DNA of 64,000 bases from Candidatus Omnitrophota bacterium (GCA_030632085.1 DAOVJY010000001.1:2125-66124); one strand, 5' to 3'. Counted from the stretch's first letter, positions 28,568-39,800 are shown. Program-made: numbers and translations. The notes: a model not told the origin generated them from the sequence alone.

Positions 28568-28816
28568 CTAATTCGGAATCTCCCTTATTAAATGCTCGCC
28601 GGCACAAGCATAAACTATAGCAATATACCTAAAGGCCGGCGCGTACATACCACTTTGCCTGGCTTTAATATAGGGAGCATAACCCTCTCTCAAGGCAATT
28701 TTTTCAATCTTGCGTTTAAGAAGAAGGCCTACTCCGCCTCGATTATTGAGAGCTTTTGAGACTGCCGCGGGAGAAGCACCGGCCTCTCTCGCGATATCTT
28801 TAATTGTTACTGACAT
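28568..28816 (-). pseudogene. LacI-family regulator remnant (HTH domain only)
   Basis: MSVTIKDIAREAGASPAAVSKALNNRGGV... is a LacI-type HTH. The ORF stops after 82 aa. The ~300-aa periplasmic-binding-fold effector domain is absent: only ~145 nt remain before the next ORF. Confidence 0.55.
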
Positions 28817-28906
28817 AGATAAATCCTTTTTGTTAAAATTAACCTTTTAACCAACTTTTAATAGAATATTAACATATTCTATTCTCATATTGTAAAAAAA
28901 ATAAAT

Positions 28907-30151
28907 TCACTTCTCTAACTTTTCAAAACATCGAGCCCAGCCATACAAACCTACCTTTTCAACCTCTGATTGCTCTGGAAAAGAATTAGCCAAAACTAAA
29001 TAGCAATAGAGGGCTTTATTTAATGCTGTCTGTCTATTCTTGACTCTTGATTCATACTCTTTTGCGACCTCATAATACCATGAGGCGGAAAGTCTTCTCT
29101 CTTCACCTCTGGTTTCTATTCCTTCAATAAATGCCTCCGCCCATTTTAGCTTGCTTAAAGTAAGTGGAGCTGAGAGTTTACTTTGAAAATTCTCATTTAT
29201 TTTTTTCCTAATTTCCCGCCTAAAAGTCTCTACATCTCCGGACAAATCTCTATCATAAGCGGCAATCTCATAACAATAAAGCGCGATTTGAAAATCTCTC
29301 CAGCGCTCGGCGCCCATATCAGATTCCGCGGTTTCTAAATAGCTATTAGCCATTACTAAGTATCTCGTACAATATTCCTTTAGTCTGCTTTTACTATCAT
29401 CATCTTCACTTTTTATAAGATCTGCTAAATATGAATTAATCGCTTTTACCGTTTCGGCGGTATAGGGCACAAGAAATTCTCTTTTTTTAAGCTTTTCTTT
29501 GATCTCTTTCTCGGTCATCACAGGGGCAAAGATTAGTCTCTCTTTGCTTAATTCAATCATCTCTTGCAACTCTTCAAGCATACTGCTGTCCGGATATGCC
29601 TTAAGAGCTTCCTTAAAGATATTCAATGCTATTTTATATTTACCGTTATTATAATAATATAGGCCTATATCATACGCGCCTTTTACTTTTGCCTTATATA
29701 TCTTTTGAAGTTGAACATCAATTATTGCCGCGCATCTATTATCTAACTTTTTTGCTTTATCAAACTCTACGGCCGCGTAATCAAAGAGGTTTCTTTCCAG
29801 GCAAAAGAGGCCTAACCTATATTGGGCTTCCGCGTCATCCTGATCTATGCGAAGAGTCATCTTTTTATACAGCTCTTCGGGAGGAAGGAGAAGTCCGCCG
29901 CGGGGCTGCCTCTTTTTGATAGATTTGATATCTATTCGCTTAAAGGTATGGATCTTATTTTCCGACTTTACGGTAATACTACTGTCATTGCCGCTAATTA
30001 CCTCGCCCCTTATCTCTGCCCCGTCCTTAAGGACAATTATTTTTTCCGCGTATAGAAAGGTTGAGGTTAATATTATTGTAATCATGAAGATAAAACTACT
30101 TATCAATCCGCGCTTATACATCTTGCCTCTTTTTTTTATAAGTTTCGCCAA
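28907..30151 (-). CDS. Secreted TPR-like repeat protein with small N-terminal beta domain
   Basis: Signal/TM segment (LISSFIFMITIILTSTFLYA), then an IIVLKDG..I.G.VI..D....VK domain, then helical repeats including an internally repeated ~60-aa unit (ALYCYEIAA / ALYCYLVLA). Confidence 0.55.
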   Translation of the reverse strand: MAKLIKKRGKMYKRGLISSFIFMITIILTSTFLYAEKIIVLKDGAEIRGEVISGNDSSITVKSENKIHTFKRIDIKSIKKRQPRGGLLLPPEELYKKMTLRIDQDDAEAQYRLGLFCLERNLFDYAAVEFDKAKKLDNRCAAIIDVQLQKIYKAKVKGAYDIGLYYYNNGKYKIALNIFKEALKAYPDSSMLEELQEMIELSKERLIFAPVMTEKEIKEKLKKREFLVPYTAETVKAINSYLADLIKSEDDDSKSRLKEYCTRYLVMANSYLETAESDMGAERWRDFQIALYCYEIAAYDRDLSGDVETFRREIRKKINENFQSKLSAPLTLSKLKWAEAFIEGIETRGEERRLSASWYYEVAKEYESRVKNRQTALNKALYCYLVLANSFPEQSEVEKVGLYGWARCFEKLEK

Positions 30152-32358
30152 TATAAGACCCTTGTTGGCGGTAAATAGGTTATATACACATCCTCTAAGA
30201 CCGGCGTTTCTCTAAATTGCTGGTCACCCGGGTTATACCAGTACCAGCGATCACCCGGATAACTCTGGTTTGGGTCAATCTCAAAATTGGCTTTATACTG
30301 AATCTGGGTTCCTGTCAGGTTAACTGCTCCCTGTGTCTCTAAGCCGGGTTCAGCCGGACTCCAGTTTAAGCCGCCGTCTGTTGATAGTTGAAAATAAACC
30401 TTTTCAGTAGCCGAACTGGCACTGCTTGGAATAGTCACCGTGCCCCAAACCGCGCCCCACTCTACATCAGAATCAAAAGCGGCTGTTGGTAACTCGGTAG
30501 ATACAAAATGGGCATAATCTCCGTTGCCGTCAGGGCTTTTAGGAATTATCCTTATATTGTCAAAACGCGCCTGCACACCCCAACCCCAAAAACCAACCGC
30601 TCCGCTAATTACGCCCCCCACATTATCAGTTCTAAAGGAGCCCTTTAAACTATGGCTATTGTTTCTAAAATAGTACTTTACAGTTGAACCATCGCAGACA
30701 AACTTTACCCTCATCACCGTCCACCAATAATAATTAGGCCAAATAGTGGCGAAAGAGGAATGCCAAGGATACCATCTCTCGTGAGATGTGAAATGGAGAT
30801 GCCGCCACCAGGTTTCGTCTTTTATGCCTGATGCAAGAGTAGTCCTGTATGCAGGAAATGCTACATACCACGGAGGAGCGCCGCGGGCTCTACAACTACT
30901 CACACTATCTTCCTGTAAACTGTAAGAAAAGTCGGTCCATGTCATGCCGGATGAGGGGCTACTGCTTTCAAGCCAGACCGGACTCCAATAACTACCGGTT
31001 GTAAGCTCCAATTCTTTATCTGCTCCCGGCCTTAAGTCAGCATCTGTTATACTATACAAAGCTCCTCCCCATACATTTCCATCGGCACTTCCGGTGCCGC
31101 GTTTAGCCCAACTCGTATTGTTCATAAAAAAAAGAGCATTTTGCCCGCCTTCATCAAAATCATCCCAAAAACCTATCTTTATAGAGTCCGGGATAGTCTC
31201 AAAAGCGGACGAACCGCTATCATACAAAGTCTGTTGGTCTCCTCTTACCGGGCAATTATTAAGAGCGGTTACTTTCCAGGCAATAGGAAGCACAGCGCCG
31301 TCACTACCCTGAAAATCACTCTTCTTTGTCTGATTCTCGATGCCGTAGATATCTACAACCGCTTCTATCTTCTTCTCGGCAATTATTCTTATCTTCAAAG
31401 AGGTAGCATATAATATTCCTGTGGATGTCAGGGTGTATTTTCCTCCGGAATGAAAACAGAAGTCAGTTGTATAAGGAGAGGGTTTTAGCCTGTTGGGGTT
31501 AGCGTTGCTTTTAATATTATCTCTATCGCTGCTATTTAGAGGGGGAGTGGTTGTGACCATATTAATAAAATTATCAAATTTAGACCAGCTATCAAAAGAA
31601 TTGGTCTGTCTTTCAGCAATAATCTCATCTGCCAAACTATCTGCCCTCGGACCATTAATTACCCCTTCTAAAACCGCCTTTAATACTTCCTTTGAAGCAG
31701 TATTTATATTAATCGGGCATCTTGCCTCAGAACCGCCTGCGCTATTTATGGTGTTTGGATCCCGGTAAGAATAAATAGTAATGTCATTTTTGATGCTCTG
31801 ATAGACTGCGTCATCTATACCCGCGGCCCGCATGATCTGTTCTTTAGTTTCAAACGGACGAGCGCTAATAATCGCGTCCGCTCTTGTATAGTCGCCATCA
31901 CCCAGTAAACTCTTTAATAAATTCCTATTAACTTTATCTATATTTATCTTTCTCTGTTCATCTTCAATATCTACCGAGTAAAAACCGCGATTCACGCAAA
32001 GAGTACCGTCTGAATAATTACTTATGCTGCCCGTATAAATAAAGTTAACCTTGCCGTCAACCTTTAACCGGCTGATGGCATCGTTAATACCCGCCTCAGC
32101 TAAATATGTAGCTTTAGCGCCATTTATATAATTTGATGCAATAGCGTGCCCTAAACGCGCGTTTACAACAACAGCAAGGCAAATAAGCGTAAGAATTCCT
32201 AAAATACCTACGGTTAGTATTAATACATATCCTCTGCTATTATTTGCCTTTGTCATCATATCAACCTCAGTCAGGTCACGGTCAAAATCACTTATTTCTA
32301 AAATTATTCCCTTAACGCTCAAATAAAAAATCAAGACACTCGCTAAAAGAATTAACAA
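30136..32358 (-). CDS. GspK/PilX-like minor pseudopilin fused to a C-terminal beta-jelly-roll (LamG/DUF1080-like) domain
   Basis: Likely true start near 32259 (MMTKANNSRGYVLILTVGILGILTLICLAVVV hydrophobic pilin-like helix, then YLAEAGINDAI as in PilX_N/GspK). INTASKEVLKAVLEGV resembles the GspK helix-hairpin-helix. The ~450-aa Trp-rich C-terminal region ends in a ...ARFDNIRIIP jelly-roll motif. Confidence 0.55.
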   Translation of the reverse strand: MLILLASVLIFYLSVKGIILEISDFDRDLTEVDMMTKANNSRGYVLILTVGILGILTLICLAVVVNARLGHAIASNYINGAKATYLAEAGINDAISRLKVDGKVNFIYTGSISNYSDGTLCVNRGFYSVDIEDEQRKINIDKVNRNLLKSLLGDGDYTRADAIISARPFETKEQIMRAAGIDDAVYQSIKNDITIYSYRDPNTINSAGGSEARCPININTASKEVLKAVLEGVINGPRADSLADEIIAERQTNSFDSWSKFDNFINMVTTTPPLNSSDRDNIKSNANPNRLKPSPYTTDFCFHSGGKYTLTSTGILYATSLKIRIIAEKKIEAVVDIYGIENQTKKSDFQGSDGAVLPIAWKVTALNNCPVRGDQQTLYDSGSSAFETIPDSIKIGFWDDFDEGGQNALFFMNNTSWAKRGTGSADGNVWGGALYSITDADLRPGADKELELTTGSYWSPVWLESSSPSSGMTWTDFSYSLQEDSVSSCRARGAPPWYVAFPAYRTTLASGIKDETWWRHLHFTSHERWYPWHSSFATIWPNYYWWTVMRVKFVCDGSTVKYYFRNNSHSLKGSFRTDNVGGVISGAVGFWGWGVQARFDNIRIIPKSPDGNGDYAHFVSTELPTAAFDSDVEWGAVWGTVTIPSSASSATEKVYFQLSTDGGLNWSPAEPGLETQGAVNLTGTQIQYKANFEIDPNQSYPGDRWYWYNPGDQQFRETPVLEDVYITYLPPTRVLYWRNL

Positions 32359-32625
32359 TTACCGCGTGTCTTCTCATTCTTCACTTCCGCTTTTTGCAAC
32401 CTTAGCGTGATTATCTAAAGTATATCTTATATAATAAAAAAATTCAAGAGCTATCATAACTTATGTCAAGCCAAAGTTAAAATGTTCCCTTTTTAATAAA
32501 CTATAATGAAATCTCAAAAGAGGCATTATCTCAGCGGGAGGCATGATCGTAATGAAGCGAAAAGAGGTTATTTCTATTTTCTTAACTGCAGAAGGCTTTT
32601 ATTTTCTTCACTTGATAATCGCTCT

Positions 32626-32952
32626 TCACACTCGAATCTTTGCTTCAATAAGACCGCTGCCTAAAATACTTCCAATGTAAGCGCTTTTAGCAATTTGATA
32701 ACAGTATAAGGCAACTCTTAAATTTTTTTGTTCTTCTTTTTGAGGCGATTCGCGATCTTTCATCTTAGCGTTAAACTCGTCGCCCATATAATAATATCTG
32801 CCATAACATGAACTTCTCTCAGTTTCACACTCTAATTTTCTAATAAATATGATTATGGCATCCCTGTCTGATTTAGAATAAGGAATCAGGAGATCTCCTA
32901 TTTTATTTTTTTCCGCGTATTTTCTAATACTTACAATCTTCTGTTGAGCCAA
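32626..32952 (-). pseudogene. Truncated paralog of the C-terminal repeat unit of the TPR-like protein at 28907-30151
   Basis: LIPYSKSDRDAIIIFIRKLE...RVALYCYQIAKSAY aligns with LTLSKLKWAEAFIEGIE...KALYCYLVLANSF. Additional out-of-frame repeat-unit fragments lie at 32953-33190. Confidence 0.4.
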
Positions 32953-33193
32953 AGCGTTAGTCTGCGGATATTGGGCGGTTTTATGAGCTATGTTATAGCA
33001 AAAAAGGGCGATATCCGGTTTTTTGTTATTCCTTGCCTGAAGCCTTTTTATCGGCGCCTTTTCTAAATAGCTGCCTAACTCTATGTATCTCTGGGCATAC
33101 TCTTATTTTAATTCATTATTACTTAGGCCATTAATAACCTTTATTATTACCTCCGCGTCTTTACGGCTATAAGGTATATGTAGGTCACCTTTT

Positions 33194-33628
33194 TTAATGT
33201 CTTGAGTTACTCTGATAGGCCGCGTCATCTATACCCGCGACCTGCCTTATCTGCTCCTTAGTCACAAGCGGATAAGCGGCAATAATCGCGTCCGCTCTTG
33301 TATAGTCGCCATCCCCCAACAAACTCCTTAAAAGGTTTCTGTTGGCATCATCTAAATTAACCTTCCTCTGCTCATCTTCAATAACCACGGTATAAGAACT
33401 AACGCCATCTAAAAACTGCTCGACTCCATTAATAGAAATATTGCTATCAGAATAGTCAAATTTAAGTTTAGCATCAGCCCTTAACAGGCTAATGGCATCA
33501 TTAATACCCGCCTCAGCTAAGTATTTAGCTTTAGCTCCATCCATATATACAGCCACCTCATTCTGCTCTAAGCGCGTATTCATAGCAAAAGAGAGGCTGA
33601 TAAGCGTAAGCACAGCTAAGATGCCCAC
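33194..33628 (-). pseudogene. Truncated paralog (N-terminal ~140 aa) of the GspK/PilX-like protein
   Basis: YLAEAGINDAISLLRADAKLKF...VVIEDEQRKVNLDDANRNLLRSLLGDGDYTRADAIIAAYPLVTKEQI matches the 740-aa protein. DNA 33215-33665 is ~75% identical to 31800-32255. Confidence 0.5.
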
Positions 33629-33902
33629 GGTTAATATTAAAGCAATACCGGGCTTATTGTTATTTGTTAAAAGAATATTTTTTATCGTTTTCTCCTGGTA
33701 TAAAGTTCACCCTATACAGATAGAATAATTCGCTCTTATGGCCCGCCCGAAGCGGAAACAATTGAAATGACTTATTATTAAAATAATTTAGGAGCAATTA
33801 AATGTTTTATCAAACAATCAAAAAAAGGGTTTAATAATATCATGATCCTATTCATCTGTCAATAATAAATTATTAACTTTTGATAGTAAATTTTTGCTTC
33901 CT

Positions 33903-34052
33903 AACGATTATTTATTTCGCGACTTAAATAAAAAAGGCGCTAACTTTTTATCAATCAGCGCCTTTAATATTTGTCACATTTTTTGCTTATTTTTTTTAGT
34001 TGTTTATAAACAAAAGCTTAACCCATTACAACTTTAACCTTATACGGTTTTT
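33903..34052. repeat. Direct repeat copy B (~145 bp) with intact terminator hairpin downstream of the 662-aa gene
   Basis: Same sequence as 28068-28212. Minus strand: aggcgct-N15-agcgcct stem followed by TTTTTT. Confidence 0.7.
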
Positions 34053-34096
34053 TGCGCGGCTTTTGCGCCTTAATCACTTTATTATTTTTGCTTGTT

Positions 34097-36085
34097 TTAA
34101 GGCCGGGGCCGCTTAATAGAATCTACCAGCTCTAAGGTACCCAGTTTGCTGCATCCCTGCTGATTTATAAAATACCATGTAAGTTTAGCCGTCGCTGAAC
34201 CATCGCAATCATCTAAGTCATTAACCTTGGGACAAAGCCCCATAATCAAACCAACCCTTGGTTCAACTTTAAGAAACTCCCATTTTATAGCGGCTTCAAT
34301 AATATAACCGTTTTCGGTTTCAAGAAAGGCAAGCTTAATGTTATCTCCTATTTCCTGCCTCTGGAACCATGCCAAGGCCTGGGGTTTTTTATCTTTGCCG
34401 GATATAGTCAGGCCTATCTGGAAATCAAGCGGATTACCCCAAATTAATTTATTATTCTCAGGATCAATAAAAAGTTCAATGGTGTCATTGCGATATATCA
34501 TATTATCCTTATAGAAACTGAGTATCTGATTATCGGTTACTTTAAAAGCCGCGTAAAAATAATCATTATCCCACATAAACATACAATCACTTAATAAATC
34601 CTTATCTCTATCCGTAAGGTTGCCGTACTCCAGGTGTTGTTTTGGCTCTAACGCGATACATTCCGCGTGAGACCATTCGCTAAGTTTGCCGTCAATAAGC
34701 ATGCCTTGCGAGGTTTTAACAGCTAATATTCCGGGAACATCAGGTAACGCAACAACCTTAGAGCCGGGCTTAAAACCTATTTCCATAAGTGACTTTTGGA
34801 TGTCTTCATTTCTCATAAAATAATCCCAGAGCATTCCTGACCTGGCGTTTTCTATTCCTAAGATCATAGCACCTACATCAATTCCAATTACATCCTTCGC
34901 GTACCAATTACGAGTTACATTATAAGCGTCTGAAAAACCATACTTACCCCATATTTTATCCCCATGATTATCATACATAAACCTGAGGGCCGAAATAGAT
35001 TCTTCGGGAGTAAACATCATTGAGCCCGCGGCCGCTGTAGGGGCTACAGTCCCATCATGAACAGCCAGTCTCGTAGCCGGCGGGGCACCATACACCTTAT
35101 AACCTCCCGGGCCGTCACAAGCCGTCAAGCCCCAGGAGTCTTCTCCGTAAGACTTGTAACTTTTAGAATTATTAACGCAAAATTCTCTGTTAGCTAAAGT
35201 AGCTATTGTTGAATTCGCGTAGTAATCCGCGTATTTATCATGAATACCTCTTAAGTCAACCCAGAGCTGAGGAAACTGATGAGTAAATAAAGGTGAACAG
35301 ACAATACAGGTATATCCTTTATAACTTCTTATAGGGCGGTTAATCTCATCCCAGGCCGCGGCCGCGATAGGATAAGTCGGTGATCCAATTGCTAAAATAT
35401 AGCACAATATACCTTCGTTGTAATGATTCCAGCGAGCCATAAGCATTTTACCTCTATGATCCCAACCCATACTTAGGGTCCTGCCGCCAGCCAACATCCA
35501 CTGCCAGTCAGCTCTGTTGTAAAGTTCATTAGCTATCTCTTCAACTTCAGTACCTTTATAATACTCAGCGGCAGTTAAGGCGCCCGCTAAAAATATAGCT
35601 GTATCCATGGAAGATCCTTCTGAATTTGGTAAATGCCGGCCTGTATCCATGTGAACGAAATGGTAATAAAACCCGTGATTGCTTTCCATTTCATCCCGAA
35701 AATATTTAAGGGTACTTAAGACTCTTTCGTAAGCGGCTTTCTTGCTTACCCAGCCCCTTTCCTGAGCCACACAAATGGCACCCAAGCCATAACCTACGGA
35801 GGCCACAGACGCAATTTTCCTATCATCGGAAAAATTAAAATTATCAGCCCTGTCTTTAATTAAACCTGTTTCGGGATTAGCTTCATTCCATATAAAGAGA
35901 AAACACTTTTTTTGGACCATATCCAAAAATTCATCATCGCTCATAACTGAAACATCCGGTTTTGTAATCTCCGTAACCGGCTTAGGACGAGGAGCGGCGC
36001 AACCAAAAATTAGGGATACCGCAAAACATAAAATTGCCAATAACATTAAACCTAATTTATCCCGCTTCATTAAAAATCTCCTCAT
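34097..36085 (-). CDS. Glucoamylase-like (six-hairpin, putative beta-glucan/beta-1,2-glucanase-type) lipoprotein with C-terminal CBM9/DOMON-like domain
   Basis: Lipobox LIFGC. FIWNEANPETGLIKDR...GYGL..A...A..RGW region shared with the 855-aa paralog at 60454-63021. C-terminal IDGKLSEW... sugar-binding-like domain. Family assignment is by motif memory only. Confidence 0.55.
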   Translation of the reverse strand: MRRFLMKRDKLGLMLLAILCFAVSLIFGCAAPRPKPVTEITKPDVSVMSDDEFLDMVQKKCFLFIWNEANPETGLIKDRADNFNFSDDRKIASVASVGYGLGAICVAQERGWVSKKAAYERVLSTLKYFRDEMESNHGFYYHFVHMDTGRHLPNSEGSSMDTAIFLAGALTAAEYYKGTEVEEIANELYNRADWQWMLAGGRTLSMGWDHRGKMLMARWNHYNEGILCYILAIGSPTYPIAAAAWDEINRPIRSYKGYTCIVCSPLFTHQFPQLWVDLRGIHDKYADYYANSTIATLANREFCVNNSKSYKSYGEDSWGLTACDGPGGYKVYGAPPATRLAVHDGTVAPTAAAGSMMFTPEESISALRFMYDNHGDKIWGKYGFSDAYNVTRNWYAKDVIGIDVGAMILGIENARSGMLWDYFMRNEDIQKSLMEIGFKPGSKVVALPDVPGILAVKTSQGMLIDGKLSEWSHAECIALEPKQHLEYGNLTDRDKDLLSDCMFMWDNDYFYAAFKVTDNQILSFYKDNMIYRNDTIELFIDPENNKLIWGNPLDFQIGLTISGKDKKPQALAWFQRQEIGDNIKLAFLETENGYIIEAAIKWEFLKVEPRVGLIMGLCPKVNDLDDCDGSATAKLTWYFINQQGCSKLGTLELVDSIKRPRP

Positions 36086-36090
36086 ATATT

Positions 36091-36168
36091 GTTTATTTCT
36101 TGCTTCTTGCTTGTGCCTTTAAACTTGTGTCTTGTGACTTATTTCTTGTGACTGGTGACTTGTTTATT
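36091..36168. repeat. CT/GT-rich degenerate tandem tract
   Basis: cttgcttcttgcttgtgcc...cttgtgtcttgtgacttatttcttgtgactggtgacttg, directly upstream of the minus-strand gene at 34097-36085. Confidence 0.6.
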
Positions 36169-36488
36169 TATCTCCAAGAGGCCTGGCCTATCCATTCTCT
36201 CTTAAAAAACTTTTTCTTTAATTTAAGCCGCCTTACAATACTTTTAATTAATTTATTTCCGGCGCTTCCGGATATTAATATTTTCACAGATAAACTATTT
36301 ATGGCGGAAAGTTTGGCCTTTATTTCAAGTCCATCAACTTTTTTTCTTAAAAGAATGATTTTATCAAGGGGTATATAGGTGCTGGAGGAAACGCTACTAG
36401 ATTGAATATAAAGACGGCTTTCGTCAAGGATAAGCTCACCCTCTATAAGCCTGCCGCCTTCAATATATTTCGCTTCTCCAAAATTCAT
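36168..36488 (-). CDS. Hypothetical protein (106 aa)
   Basis: ORF only; no recognisable motif. Confidence 0.3.
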   Translation of the reverse strand: MNFGEAKYIEGGRLIEGELILDESRLYIQSSSVSSSTYIPLDKIILLRKKVDGLEIKAKLSAINSLSVKILISGSAGNKLIKSIVRRLKLKKKFFKREWIGQASWR

Positions 36489-36527
36489 AATTTAACTCTA
36501 AGCCTTTTACAGTCTACAATCTATGGT

Positions 36528-36810
36528 CTATGTCTAAAGTCTGTTTTTGTTTTTTTGTTTCTTGTCTCTTGTTTTTTGTTCTTTTTTTTGTTTTTGCTTT
36601 GTGCTTTTACTATGAGCCATCAGCTAAGAGCTACTTGCTTTTTGTTTTTTTGCTTTTTCTATCCGCTATCCGCTCTTCGCTGACAACTGATAACTGATAG
36701 TTGTAAGCTCTATGCTTTTTTGCTTTTTGTTTTTTGTTTTTGCTTGTGCCTTGTGCCTTGTGACTTGTGACTTGTTTCTTGTGACTTGTCTCTTATGACT
36801 TTATACTTGA
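36528..36810. repeat. Long CT/GT-rich degenerate tandem tract with embedded agccatcagcta / atccgctatccgctc motifs
   Basis: ttgtttcttgtctcttgttttttg...cttgtgccttgtgccttgtgacttgtgacttgtttcttgtgacttgtctcttatgactt. Confidence 0.65.
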
Positions 36811-36849
36811 ATATATTACCATAAAAATTAGGCCTAGGTCAAATTTTTG

Positions 36850-39800
36850 TTATCTATTAAAAAAAGTCATAAAACCGCTTGAATTCCGCCCATTTTTTTT
36901 AACTGTAGCATGTCCCGCGATTTTTTCCCAAAAATCATCAATTATAGCATATATACAAGGAAGAACGATTAAAGTGAGAGCCGTAGCGCACATAATACCC
37001 CAAACAATAGTCAAAGCTAGGGGCTTCAAAAAAGGATCACCTCCGCCAATGCCATAAGCAACCGGTATTAATCCGAAAACTGTTGTAACGGTTGTTAAAA
37101 TAACCGGCCTGAGCCTTAATTGCCCGCCTTCAATAATTGACTTCCCGCGCTCTACACCTTGCCGCCTGAGACGATTTATAAATTCAACCAAAACGATAGA
37201 ATCATTAACCACAATTCCGGTTAAACCGATAAAACCAACCATCATAAAAAATCCGAGCGGTAAACCATGAAAAAAGAAGGCCCAGATAACTCCAATGAGC
37301 CCAAAGGGTATAGCCATCATAACAATGAAGGGTTGAATCATTGAATTAAACGTCGCGGCTAAAATCATAAATATCAAAAATAATGCCAAACCAAAAGCTA
37401 AAATAAAATACTTAGCAACGTCTTCATTTTCCTTTTGCTCGCCACCGTAAGTTACATCATAACCGGGATATTTATTCTCTACACCGGTAAACTCTTTAGC
37501 TAGCATTTTATTAGCCGCGACTGATGTAATATTTTTATTATCTACATTGGCTCTAACAGTTATAACACGTTTACCGTCTAAGTGGCTAATTGACGATACC
37601 GCCTTTTTTTCTTTTAGGTGAGCAACTTTCTTTAGCGGTATCAGGTGGCCATATTGGTTAGGAATCATTATTTTATCAAATAAATTCTTATCAGTTCTTA
37701 ATTCCTCCGGAAACCTGACAACAACATCGATTTCTTCTTCAGCCTTAGTAGGTTTAATGGATGTAGCTACTCCTCCTTTAAAGGCAAATCTTACTGATGC
37801 GGCGATATCCTCTATAGTTACATATGAACTGGCAGCCGCCTTTTCATCAACAACCACCTGTATTTCTTTTCGCCCAACTTCGTGTGTATTTTGAACATCG
37901 GAAACACCTTTAATTGTGCCTAGATATTTCATAATTGACTCTGCTATTTCATTTAGAATTTCAAAGCTCTCACCCCTTATCTCAACAGCAATAGCCATAC
38001 CCACCGGAGGGCCTTCCTGCTCTTTTTCAAAATAAAGGTTATTGAACCCTTCTACGCGAGCCATTTGCGGCCTTAAGGCCTCAATTATCTCAGATACACT
38101 TTTAGACCTCTCCGTATAAGGTGTTAAATAAACAGTTACCTGAGCAACATGAGACCCGCTTTTACCATATTCATCAAACATCCAACTCTGGCCCATCATA
38201 CCTACCTGAGTAGTGTAAGACGCAAGTTGAGCTTCAGGCATTTCGGCAATCATTTTCTCAACCTGCTCTATTAATTCATTGGTCTTACTTAGAGGAGTAC
38301 CTACCGGAGCCTCTGCCCTTATATAGAACTGCTCAATACCTTCTTCAGAGCCAAAAAGGACAAAATTCATTAAAAAAGCTAAAACAAAGGTAGCGATTAG
38401 GGCCATAAATACACCGCCAATAACCCAATAACGCTTATTCAGCGCCTTTTTTAACACCCGCGTATAAAACTTAAGCAAATGCCTAAACCAGTGTGACTCT
38501 TTTTTAGAATCCAACTTACCTTTCTTGGGCACTTTTATAAAATCGGTAAAATGTGAAGGCAAAATTATAAGAGCCTCCAATAACGAAGCCACCAAAGCAA
38601 TGATTACTACCGCGGGTATATTTTTTAAGAACTTGCCCATCATGCCCGGAAAGAAAAATAAAGGAAAAAATGTGGCAATAGTGGTTAATACAGCTGTAAT
38701 AACCGGTTTCAAAACTTCATTCGTTCCTTTTATAGCGGCATCTCTGGGGCTATATCCCTTCTCAACATAACGTGAGCAGTTTTCAGCTACAATAATACCG
38801 TCATCAACTACCATACCCAAAACAATAATTAAACCAAACATACTTATGAGATTAATGCTAATTCCCAGGCAAGCCATAATTGTTACGGTAGCGGCAAAAG
38901 CAATTGGTATGCCCAAAGCAGTTAATAACGCGGTTCTGTGGTTTAGGAAAAACATAAGCACACAAATAACTAAAATAAAGCCTACGATTCCGTTATTCTT
39001 TAACACACCGAGGCGCCGCTTGATATAATAAGACAAATCATCAATATATGATACCCGGAGATTTTCATCTTCACGGCTTATAAATTCTTCGGTTCGCCTT
39101 ACAGCCTCATCGACTATCGTGACCGCGTCTCCGCTTGAACGTTTTATAACCGTCAGAGCAATCGACCTGCTGCCGGAGCTTTTATTAATGATATCCTCAT
39201 CCTCAAAAGTAAACTTAACTTTAGCAACATCTTTAATCTTAAGCGCGTTACCCAAATCATTAGCCCTGATGATAACATTTTCTATCTCATCCAAAGTAAA
39301 AAATTCACCCGTTGTTCTAATGGTAATTTCTTCAGCGCCTCTAATTTTACCGGCCGGTATACTGACATTCCTTTTACCTAAGGCATTCATAACCTCCCGC
39401 AAACTTACATGTACTTCCTTTAGTTTAGCGGGATCGATCTCGATCCAGACTTCCCTATCTCGCCAGCCGGTCCTGGAGATTGAAGACACACCCGGAACAT
39501 CCTCTATTTCATCTTCTAAGCGCTCAGCGATGCCCTGTAGTTTTTCTTCACTCATCTGCCCGCTTAAAACGATTTTAACAATGGGAATTACACCTGAAGT
39601 AATTTCTGTAACAATAGGCTCTTCGGCATCATCAGGCAAACCGGTTACTCTATTAATTGCCTGCTCTATATCATCAACTACCTTATCTTTATCTTTTACA
39701 TCCTGGCTAATATCCAGTTGTATTGAAGAAACATTATCAATTGAGCTGGATACCATGGTTTCAATACCATCAACACCTTTAAGCTCTTTCTCCATAGGTA

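Noticed and set aside
30136-32358. ORF-track start at 32358 (MLILLASVLIF...) overlapping nothing upstream but adding 33 aa before the pilin-like helix.
   Set aside because: The hydrophobic PilX/GspK-like segment begins right after MMTKANNSRG. The start near 32259 is more plausible, and the N-terminal extension is probably not translated.
36528-36810. Possible CRISPR array, considered because of short tandem repeats.
   Set aside because: Units are degenerate, variable in length, without unique spacers of constant size, and there are no cas genes. This is a minisatellite-like tract, not CRISPR.
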